Source: a virus (Duplodnaviria > Caudoviricetes). Taken from it: a DNA stretch of 28,746 nucleotides. Positions 1 through 6,717 of this stretch are shown in pieces. The notes beneath the pieces are model-generated. The model was not told where the DNA came from. It was given only the letters and a program-made list of their open reading frames with translations, and ran no database searches. The stretch is from the IMG/VR virus record IMGVR_UViG_3300038314_001195, positions 1-28,746 of that record; one strand, 5' to 3'. How positions within the stretch are numbered: the first letter of the stretch is position 1; the number at the start of each line of letters is the position of its first letter. Made by a program: the position numbers and the translations under genes.

Positions 1-14
1 AGGGGGGGCCGACC
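1..14. repeat. 14-nt terminal direct repeat, left copy (AGGGGGGGCCGACC)
   Basis: Identical to 28733..28746; suggests circular closure or a physical genome end. Confidence 0.9.
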
Positions 15-28
15 TACCTGCCCCCCCT
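1..28. other. Putative cos (cosN-like) hyphenated dyad
   Basis: AGGGGGGGC-CGACCTACCT-GCCCCCCCT is a 9-bp perfect inverted repeat (10 bp across the circular junction) around a 10-nt spacer. It lies at the contig end, upstream of terS on the minus strand. Confidence 0.55.
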
Positions 29-61
29 CCGCTAACCCTGGACCGGGGGGGTACAGCCCCA

Positions 62-110
62 CTGTAATTTTCCGCTGTGACTGTAATCCTGATCCCGCTG
101 GCGCTGTAAT
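62..110. repeat. Three CTGTAAT boxes near the left end
   Basis: CTGTAAT at 62, 81 and 104; the last two are CCGCTG-NNN-CTGTAAT with a 23-bp period. Confidence 0.65.
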
Positions 111-200
111 GCCGCGCGCTCACGCCTTGCAGGAGGACAGGCCGACAGCACGTCTTGTGATGCCGGTCGAGCGCGCGGCCGGCGTAGTGTATCACAACGA

Positions 201-950
201 TCACGTGAACAGCGGCAGTTGTCCGGCTCGAGCGGCGCGCAGCGTCAGCCCTTGCGCCTCGGCTTGGAGTCGCTCGATCCCTATCTCCGCATAGCGTCCT
301 TGCGCCTCATGGCCGATGAAGCGCCGACCGAGCTGAAGACACGCGACGCCCGTCGTCATGCTGCCGCCGTAGGGATCCCAGACCAGATCGCCCGGATCCG
401 TGAATGCTTCGACAAGTTCACGCATCAACCACAACGGCTTCTGCGTCTCATGTACGCGCAACCGGTGCCCCCCGGCCTGGGTGGTGGGGCCGCTCCATAG
501 CCCCGCGTGCCCTCCCCTGTTCCACCGCTTGCGCCCTTTTGGGTGCATAATGGCGATCGACTCGCCCCAGACGGCAGGCCGGTCCCCGGTGAACTGTGGG
601 GTCGGGTTAGTCTTCACCCACGCCCCGGCCCGGATCCACCGATCCCCGGCCGCCGTCTGATAGCTCCCCAACTGCTCAGCAGCACAGAAACAGATCACCC
701 ACCGCCGCGCTACCTCTAGCAATCCAGGCACCAGATCCCCGGGATCGATCCCCATGAAGCTGGTGATCGTCGGCCGGGATAGAACCGCGCTCCCGTTGGC
801 CTTGCGCGCTGCCGCGCTGCGACTCACCCCGGAGCGAGCTCCTAGACTGGTCCGGTCGTCAAACGGTGGATCGCTGATGACATGATCGACGGCTTCCGGT
901 GGGCTGTCCTGCCATCGTCCGGCGATGACCTCCCAGCCCTCGCCCGTCAC
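201..950 (-). CDS. DNA N6-adenine/N4-cytosine methyltransferase, beta class
   Basis: Motif IV SDPPF, then HETQKP, then motif I DPYGGSMTT. GTG start at 950 overlaps the upstream TGA; the longer ORF-track start lies inside the RuvC-like gene. Confidence 0.9.
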   Translation of the reverse strand: MTGEGWEVIAGRWQDSPPEAVDHVISDPPFDDRTSLGARSGVSRSAAARKANGSAVLSRPTITSFMGIDPGDLVPGLLEVARRWVICFCAAEQLGSYQTAAGDRWIRAGAWVKTNPTPQFTGDRPAVWGESIAIMHPKGRKRWNRGGHAGLWSGPTTQAGGHRLRVHETQKPLWLMRELVEAFTDPGDLVWDPYGGSMTTGVACLQLGRRFIGHEAQGRYAEIGIERLQAEAQGLTLRAARAGQLPLFT

Positions 951-1549
951 GCGTCCTTGATCTCTCGTAGCTTCCACGCTTCGTGTATCCATTCCCATCC
1001 CCTGATCGGTGTCGACGGCTTGCCGTCCCAGCCGTGCGCCAACGCGTGAGCGTAGATAGCGATCCACGCCGCATCGATCGCGCCTTGACCTAGCCCTCGC
1101 AGCTGCTCGTAGTGCTCGAGCAGCACGCCGGCCGCGCGTCGCTTGCGTTCTTTGCTCTTGCCCTTGGCCGCGCCGACCATCGCTTGCCAGGACGACGGCG
1201 CGACGCGGTCGAGCAGGTGACACGATGAGCCGCCGAGGAGTTGCGCGGATAGCTCCCAGGCTGCCGCGTGCCCGGCGACGACCAGAGCCGACGCCTTCGC
1301 GAAGGTCGACGCGTACTGACGCTCTAGCGCCACGTTGAACGGTTGACCAGAGGACACGCGGCCAGCGTCGTCGAGCTGGATACCAGCGAAGCGTAAGACG
1401 TGCTGGAGTACCTCGATCCGTTGCCAGGGATCGGAGAGCTTCACCTTACGTGAGTCCGTCGCTATCAAGAGGTCCGAGCTCCTGACGACAGCCACGCCAG
1501 CGTGAGCGCCGGGATCGATACCGATCGTCGTGTCGACTACTCGCAGCAT
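947..1549 (-). CDS. RuvC-like Holliday junction resolvase
   Basis: IGIDPG..AGVAVV, VALE, VAPSSWQ and C-terminal DAAWIA motifs. Start taken at ATG 1549 (MLRVVDTT). Confidence 0.8.
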   Translation of the reverse strand: MLRVVDTTIGIDPGAHAGVAVVRSSDLLIATDSRKVKLSDPWQRIEVLQHVLRFAGIQLDDAGRVSSGQPFNVALERQYASTFAKASALVVAGHAAAWELSAQLLGGSSCHLLDRVAPSSWQAMVGAAKGKSKERKRRAAGVLLEHYEQLRGLGQGAIDAAWIAIYAHALAHGWDGKPSTPIRGWEWIHEAWKLREIKDA

Positions 1550-1884
1550 TCGGGACACCTCGCACACTCTGATCGTATGAAGTGCTCGCGCCAGTCGTCG
1601 GCCGCGACGTCCAGGTCGAGGCTCGGCAGCTCGCCCGGCAGTAACAGCCGCGGCGGCGCTTCTCTTGTCGTGACATAGTAGGCAGCGCCGAACGCTCCGA
1701 GCATCAGAGCCAGCACGAAGAGCGCCAGCGCTATCAGACGACGCGACGCCTTGCGCTGACAGTAGGTGCAGCCGTCGACGTTCCACAGCCGCACAGCGCC
1801 GCACAGGGCGCACGTCGAGCGCTCGTCAGCCCTGCTGATCGTGTCGTCCTTGAGCCCGAAGGCATAGTGATCGTTCTCTCCCAT
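1537..1884 (-). CDS. Hypothetical membrane protein with N-terminal zinc ribbon
   Basis: CALC-x10-CTYC, one ~21-aa hydrophobic helix, C-terminal CARCPECC; purine-rich RBS upstream. Confidence 0.7.
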   Translation of the reverse strand: MGENDHYAFGLKDDTISRADERSTCALCGAVRLWNVDGCTYCQRKASRRLIALALFVLALMLGAFGAAYYVTTREAPPRLLLPGELPSLDLDVAADDWREHFIRSECARCPECCE

Positions 1885-1897
1885 TCTCTCTCCTTGG

Positions 1898-3250
1898 TTA
1901 CAGATCGCCGAAGGTGCCGCCCCGTCGCACGCCGGCCCATGGTTCTGTCTGACCGTATGCGCTGAGTGCTTGCGAGCGCTCCGCTGATGTCGGCGGCACG
2001 AAGGCGAACGTCTTGGGCTCGTACATCAGCACGCCACGGATCAGCGTCGGGCCCTCTGAGTTCTTCGCCACGTCGAACCATGCCGGGTGACGGTAGTCGA
2101 CTCGGCGGCCGGCGTTCGACTCGAGCTGGTGCTCGGCACGTCCTAGCATCAGCACAAAGCGCGCGTCTTCGGTCAGCGCCTTGGCCCACTTCAGCGAGCC
2201 TATGGGCGGTGTCTTGAGCGGCGACCAGTCCCGCGAGCGTGTCAACTGCGACAGCACGACGAGCGCGACGTTGAGGTCAGCGGCGACGGCGCACAGGTCG
2301 TTGCTGATCGACTCGACCTCTTCGGTGCGCCCGTTGCACTTCCGGTCCGGCCTGAGGCGCTGGGCATGGTCGACGAAGACGAGGCGCACGCCCTCGCGCG
2401 CCAGCGGTGCGAGGTGTATCCGTAGCCTAGACGGCGTCAGCCTCGGCAGGTCGAGGATCCAGGCCTTGCGATCCCTCAGGTCATCGGCCCGGCTCCGCTT
2501 GACGAGGCGGTGAGCGAGCTTCGACGCCTTGTCCTCACACGATGCGAAGACCGACGGGATCCCCTGCTCGACGGCGTGCGCGAAGCAGGTCAACGCCAAG
2601 GCTGTCTTACCTACTGAGGGCAGGGCGCCGATGATCGACATGACCCCGACAGGCCAGCCGCCGCAGTCGCGATCGACCTCGTAGATACCCGTCGGGATGA
2701 ACTCAGACGCCCTCTGCTCCTCGTGGGACTGGTCAGGCCCGAAGAGGCGGCCGAAGTCCCAGAGCCCGCGCGTGGTCGCCGTCGAGCGCCGGAGCGGCTC
2801 TTGTGCCTCGATGATGTCAGCGCCAGCGCGGTCGAGGAAGTCGTCGACGGTGTCGGCGGTGAGCTTCTCACCCTTCGCCGTGATGCCTCGAGCGACATCG
2901 ACGAGGAGGCGAGCGGCAGCGTACCGCCTGACGATCCCAGCGTAGCGCCCGATCTCGACGCCTGCCGGGCACTCTGTCGCGAGGCCTACGAGGTAGTGAG
3001 CGCCTCCGGCTGTCCTCATCTTGCCGAGCTGGCGAAGGCATTGGCGAAGGGTGACCGGGTCGAGCGGCTGGCCTTGCGCTGATACGTAGATCATCGCCTC
3101 CCATATCGCGCGGTGCTTCTCAAGATAGAAGTCCTCGCGGCGTAGCTCGCCGACGGCAGGGACCTCGAGGGGTACCCGACGCTCAAGGATACACCCGCCC
3201 AAGATAGCAGCCTCGGCCCGCTCGTCGTATACGCTGTGTCCGTTCGTCAT
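1898..3250 (-). CDS. dnaB: DnaB-like replicative helicase (divergent)
   Basis: N-terminal AEAAILG...DFYLEKHRAIW domain, Walker A ALPSVGKT, VFVDHAQ, VLSQLTR, AKNSEGP. Confidence 0.9.
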   Translation of the reverse strand: MTNGHSVYDERAEAAILGGCILERRVPLEVPAVGELRREDFYLEKHRAIWEAMIYVSAQGQPLDPVTLRQCLRQLGKMRTAGGAHYLVGLATECPAGVEIGRYAGIVRRYAAARLLVDVARGITAKGEKLTADTVDDFLDRAGADIIEAQEPLRRSTATTRGLWDFGRLFGPDQSHEEQRASEFIPTGIYEVDRDCGGWPVGVMSIIGALPSVGKTALALTCFAHAVEQGIPSVFASCEDKASKLAHRLVKRSRADDLRDRKAWILDLPRLTPSRLRIHLAPLAREGVRLVFVDHAQRLRPDRKCNGRTEEVESISNDLCAVAADLNVALVVLSQLTRSRDWSPLKTPPIGSLKWAKALTEDARFVLMLGRAEHQLESNAGRRVDYRHPAWFDVAKNSEGPTLIRGVLMYEPKTFAFVPPTSAERSQALSAYGQTEPWAGVRRGGTFGDL

Positions 3251-3897
3251 CGATGCCGCTCAAGGGTGTTGAGGAGATGCGCTCTCATGTTCCGAGCTTC
3301 GATCCTGATGTCGTCGTCGCTCGACTCCTCAAGCTCGACCAGTCTGAACAGCTCGGCATTGATGTCGGTCCGGCTTGCGGTGCCCTCACTGATGAGAAAA
3401 AGAAGACGATCGTATGCTGACCCCTTCGGATCCGTTGACTCTGTTCGCCCTTCTTCTTCTTCTCTTCTTCTTCTTCTTCTTAAGGGCCGAGCAGCACGCG
3501 TATTTGATCCCGATTCTGGGATATCGTGTCCCGTTTTCGGGATATCGTGTCCCACTTTCGGGATATTAGATCCCGTTTTCGGGATATCGTGTCCCGTTTT
3601 CGGGACGAAGTCTGGTCCGACTCCGAGCCGCCAGTTGTGCCCCTCCTTCGTGACGGTGACGAGGCCGAGGTCTGAGGCTTGAGCCAGGCAGCGGTGAAGC
3701 GTGGAGCGCCTGAATCCATAGCCCGACATGATGCCGGCCGAGGTTGTGAGCCATTCCCGCCCGGCGTCACGACCGGCCGAGCGGCCGATCGTGTGCCGGT
3801 AGACCAGCCAGAACAGATCCTTGGTTCGGCCGGAGGTAGGGACGGAGCACACGCGCTCGAGCAGCGCGTGGCTCACTATGGAGTAGCCCTTAGCCAT
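3247..3897 (-). CDS. Phage replication initiator, lambda O-like
   Basis: N-terminal GYSIVSHALLE...VYRHTIG winged-HTH-like region and internal 7-aa repeats encoded by iterons; immediately upstream of dnaB. Confidence 0.8.
   Translation of the reverse strand: MAKGYSIVSHALLERVCSVPTSGRTKDLFWLVYRHTIGRSAGRDAGREWLTTSAGIMSGYGFRRSTLHRCLAQASDLGLVTVTKEGHNWRLGVGPDFVPKTGHDIPKTGSNIPKVGHDIPKTGHDIPESGSNTRAARPLRRRRRREEEEGRTESTDPKGSAYDRLLFLISEGTASRTDINAELFRLVELEESSDDDIRIEARNMRAHLLNTLERHR
3451..3605. other. Putative replication origin (iterons plus purine/pyrimidine-skewed tract)
   Basis: Four 21-bp repeats GGGATATCGTGTCCCGTTTTC (consensus) at 3518, 3539, 3560 and 3581, next to a (TTC)n tract at ~3451-3481, inside the initiator gene as in lambda. 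Confidence 0.8.
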
Positions 3898-4298
3898 CAG
3901 AACGGGATGTCGCCGTCGTCCCAGCGTGCGCGCTTGTGCTGCCCTTCGTGCTGCTCCTTCGGCCTGCGCGGTGCCTTAGCGGGCGACCTCGGCGGCTCGT
4001 TGTTGGCTCGGTCGTCACGCTTGGCGCCGAACTCGACCCGGTCAGCTATCAGGTCCCAGTACGTTTTGCCGTCGTGATCGCGTGACCTCATGCGCCCGGT
4101 GACGGCGATCCGGTCGCCCTTCTTCACGTACTGCGCCGAGAGTTCGGCCTGTTTGTCCCAGACCGTGACGTTGAACCATTGCGTCTCGCCGTTGCGCTCT
4201 GACGTCGCGACGCTGAAGTTCGCCACGGCCTTCCCGCTTTGCGTGTGTCGAAGCTCTGGATCCCTTCCTACGTTGCCGACTATCACTACTAGATTCAT
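3897..4298 (-). CDS. ssb: Single-stranded DNA-binding protein
   Basis: MNLVVIVGNVGRDPELR...NFSVATS...WFNVTVW and acidic DDGDIPF tail; ATG at 4298 overlaps the upstream stop. Confidence 0.95.
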   Translation of the reverse strand: MNLVVIVGNVGRDPELRHTQSGKAVANFSVATSERNGETQWFNVTVWDKQAELSAQYVKKGDRIAVTGRMRSRDHDGKTYWDLIADRVEFGAKRDDRANNEPPRSPAKAPRRPKEQHEGQHKRARWDDGDIPF

Positions 4299-4876
4299 TC
4301 TCTGCCCTCCTTGCTTGCCCTCAGGCTCTCGTCCCGCCATGCGGCGGGGATATTGTCGGCCGTACCATTCGCGGCCGTCTTCGGTGCCTTCGCGGCGATC
4401 CTCGCATCCCCGGCGAGTTCCGCTTGCCGGAGCGCTCGCAGTCGCCGCAGGTTGGCCGCCTCGAGCGCGGTGTCGACCTCTTGCCGACGCTCGGCCGTTA
4501 GCTCGCGAGCGCCGAACCACGCGCGAGCCTTCGCCAACTGGTCACCCTCGATCGCGTGCGTGACCTCTTCGGCCGTGGCGACTTGCCCGGCGAGGTCATA
4601 CCCGGCGATGCCCAGGCAGCGACCGATCGCGCTCGTCTCGCAGTTCTCGACGGCGCTCGTCTTGTTGATCCGGCTCGCTTGGCGTAGCTCTTCGGCGTGT
4701 CCCGTGGCGACGATCCGCCCGTCCTCGTCGAGCAGGACAGCGCGCATTAGGACGCGCTCGCCGTCGTCGACCAGGATCTCGGTCGTCAGTGTCCAGCTCG
4801 GCCGCTCCGCTCGGAACCTGCCGATCCGGCTTGCGACCGGTTCGTACTCTTTGCCGTGGATATTGATCGTGCTCAC
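4295..4876 (-). CDS. Putative ssDNA-annealing recombination protein (Rad52/Sak/Erf-like superfamily)
   Basis: GKEYEPVASRI, ATGHAEE and INKTSAVENCETSAIGR motifs; position between exonuclease and ssb. Confidence 0.6.
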   Translation of the reverse strand: MSTINIHGKEYEPVASRIGRFRAERPSWTLTTEILVDDGERVLMRAVLLDEDGRIVATGHAEELRQASRINKTSAVENCETSAIGRCLGIAGYDLAGQVATAEEVTHAIEGDQLAKARAWFGARELTAERRQEVDTALEAANLRRLRALRQAELAGDARIAAKAPKTAANGTADNIPAAWRDESLRASKEGRE

Positions 4877-5295
4877 TCGCTGTCCTCCAGTTCTGGGGTG
4901 TTGCGGCTCTTGATCAGCACGTCTTCACGGGCTAGAGCGGTCAGAATGCGGCGCTCTTGCTGCGTGAAACAGTCGCCGTCGTGAACGATGGCGAATAAGA
5001 CGTCCCCCACGCGATCACTCCAACCCCAGATCCAGCCGAGCCGGTAACGCCGCGGATACAGATCCTCGCCTCGGTGCGAGCGCTCCCTACATATTGAACA
5101 AACACCCTCGTATTGCGTGCTCACTTGCTTACCTCCTGCTTTGCTTTGGTCCATCGGAACGTGCGCCCGCCCGCGCTGATCCTTGTGTGCCTCTCGACGT
5201 TCCGGTTGCTCCGGGGCCGGGGGGGCCGGAGTCGTAAACATGTAGGCCAACTCGTTTGTGGTGAGCCAACCATCCCCTTCGTATTTCTTGCTCAC
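4873..5295 (-). CDS. Hypothetical protein with two in-frame starts (5295 and 5124); CxxC...H...C possible Zn site
   Basis: GGAGG RBS plus GTG is present in both copies of an 82-bp duplication; CSIC...HDGDC lies in the distal 83 aa. Confidence 0.55.
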   Translation of the reverse strand: MSKKYEGDGWLTTNELAYMFTTPAPPAPEQPERREAHKDQRGRAHVPMDQSKAGGKQVSTQYEGVCSICRERSHRGEDLYPRRYRLGWIWGWSDRVGDVLFAIVHDGDCFTQQERRILTALAREDVLIKSRNTPELEDSE

Positions 5296-5370
5296 TTGCT
5301 TACCTCCTGCTTTGCTTTGGTCCATCGGAACGTGCGCCCGCCCGCGCTGATCCTTGTGTGCCTCTCGACG
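5118..5370. repeat. 82-bp perfect direct repeat (5118..5199 and 5289..5370)
   Basis: Identical copies offset by 171 bp; the unit is the 3' end of the YqaJ gene plus the RBS and start of the next gene. Confidence 0.95.
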
Positions 5371-6248
5371 AGGTCATCGGGCGGCTCGAGCGCCTTCGTG
5401 ATCGCCTTGTAGTCGATCCGGGTCGATGCCTTGCGCGCTGACCACGTCACGCGCCCGACGCCTGCGGCCTCGATGCCTCGCGCCTCACCGATCCGCGTCA
5501 TCAATTGCGCCTTGGCTTCGCGCTCTTGTAGCTCGGCGAACTCGCGACGCTCTCGCCACTTCGAGTAGACGGCGAGCGCCTCGACATCGGCCTCGGTCGT
5601 GGCGGCTATCATCTCGCCCCCATCGGCTGCCGGGTATTGGCGCTCGGCTGCACCGTCGCGGACGCTCTCGCCGGTCGCCGCTGGTGCTCTCCCTGTCTCG
5701 ACGTGAGCGGCCCACCAGTCGACGACGTAGACGAACTCAGACGACGCCAGCTCGCGATCGAACGGGCGGCGATGGTACTCGATGACAGGCGCGAAGCCGC
5801 CGAGGCGGATCACGATGATACATAGCGTCTCGACCGGGCGATCGTTCGTCTCGAGGATCGAGCCCTGCCAGCGTACTTGCGCCCAGTGATAGCCCGGCGG
5901 CTCAGGCCATGACGCGAACGTGCATTTCACCTCGGTGATCGTCTTCGCTGCGGGGTCGTAGCCGTCAGGCGTCGCGCTCAAGTAGGGCAGCGCCGGGCAA
6001 GACAGCGTGCCGATTGGTTCGGGCCATCGCCCCGTCTCTTCCTCGTAGGCATCGAGTCCCATCTGTTCGAGCTCGCATCCGATCCGGACATGAAGAGACG
6101 CGCTCAGATCGTCGCCCTCGTAACTGCCCGTGACGACCTGCCATACCGCCAGCGGTGAGCGGTACGGGTGCTCGACGGCGGGCAGTATCGCCCCGACATC
6201 GGCCGAGCCGATCCGGCCTTGCCGTTCGGCGCTCCTATCCCTGTTCAT
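5292..6248 (-). CDS. YqaJ-like (lambda exonuclease family) viral recombination nuclease
   Basis: R..RIGSADVGAIL, GCELE, LSATPDG, EVKC and Y.WAQV..Q motifs. Confidence 0.9.
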   Translation of the reverse strand: MNRDRSAERQGRIGSADVGAILPAVEHPYRSPLAVWQVVTGSYEGDDLSASLHVRIGCELEQMGLDAYEEETGRWPEPIGTLSCPALPYLSATPDGYDPAAKTITEVKCTFASWPEPPGYHWAQVRWQGSILETNDRPVETLCIIVIRLGGFAPVIEYHRRPFDRELASSEFVYVVDWWAAHVETGRAPAATGESVRDGAAERQYPAADGGEMIAATTEADVEALAVYSKWRERREFAELQEREAKAQLMTRIGEARGIEAAGVGRVTWSARKASTRIDYKAITKALEPPDDLVERHTRISAGGRTFRWTKAKQEVSK

Positions 6249-6498
6249 TGTCGCCCCCTTCGGCGGCTTGCGCCTCGATCCAGTCGTCGAGGTCGGCCCG
6301 CTTGTAGCGGATGCAGCGCGATGAGTAGCGGTAGTACTTCGGCCCGGTGCCCTTTGATCGGCGTGCCTTCAATGTCGACGCTTCGACCCCCAGGTAGGCG
6401 GCCGCATCTCTGGGCGTCATCATGCCGGCCGAGTGAAGCACGCCGGCCGTTGACCCCGGCGGCGTCCGATGCTTCCGCCCTGTTCCTCCCTTCGCCAT
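6235..6498 (-). CDS. AlpA/Xis-like (MerR-type) HTH DNA-binding protein
   Basis: MTPRDAAAYLGVEASTLK..R..GTGPKY....IRYKRADLDDWI; GAGGTG RBS. Confidence 0.9.
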   Translation of the reverse strand: MAKGGTGRKHRTPPGSTAGVLHSAGMMTPRDAAAYLGVEASTLKARRSKGTGPKYYRYSSRCIRYKRADLDDWIEAQAAEGGDNEQG

Positions 6499-6527
6499 GT
6501 CGTCACCTCTTGCTATTTGGAGTTTCG

Positions 6528-6556
6528 TCCCTAACCCACTATCACCTACAAGTCAA
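6528..6556 (-). promoter_or_regulatory. Putative leftward early promoter
   Basis: TTGACT-17 bp-TAGGGA on the minus strand, upstream of the Xis-like gene. Confidence 0.5.
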
Positions 6557-6576
6557 CCGTGGTCACCCGTGGTAAC

Positions 6577-6605
6577 TTGCACACACCTTCCGCCCGTGCT
6601 ACCAC
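6577..6605 (+). promoter_or_regulatory. Putative rightward promoter (leaderless transcript)
   Basis: TTGCAC-17 bp-TACCAC with an extended TG; ATG lies 7 nt downstream with no SD. Confidence 0.45.
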
Positions 6606-6612
6606 TGACGCC

Positions 6613-6717
6613 ATGAAAGACACGATCCGATCATTACTCGCCCAGGCTGCCCGGATGACGGGCGCTCTGCTCTTCTTCGTCGGGTGCTTTTACGTCATCG
6701 GATGGTCGGTGCTATGA
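6613..6717 (+). CDS. 34-aa single-pass membrane peptide (not in ORF track)
   Basis: MKDTIRSLLAQAARMTGALLFFVGCFYVIGWSVL*; its TGA overlaps the ATG of the next gene (ATGA). Confidence 0.6.
   Translation: MKDTIRSLLAQAARMTGALLFFVGCFYVIGWSVL

Noticed and set aside
1-14. attL/attR core of an excised prophage, or a hairpin telomere
   Set aside because: No integrase or protelomerase was recognised and the dyad has a non-palindromic spacer. Disfavoured, but not excluded without flanking data
951-1223. N-terminal extension of the methyltransferase in the ORF track (similar extensions at 1550-1813, 4299-4520, 9304-9387, 9821-10015, 25545-25676)
   Set aside because: Arg-rich shadow translations overlapping upstream genes; coupled internal starts fit better
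3518-3601. CRISPR-like or DGR repeat
   Set aside because: Contiguous 21-bp units without unique spacers inside an initiator gene; iterons explain them
5118-5370. DGR template/variable repeat pair
   Set aside because: The copies are identical with no adenine-specific mismatches, and no reverse transcriptase is present
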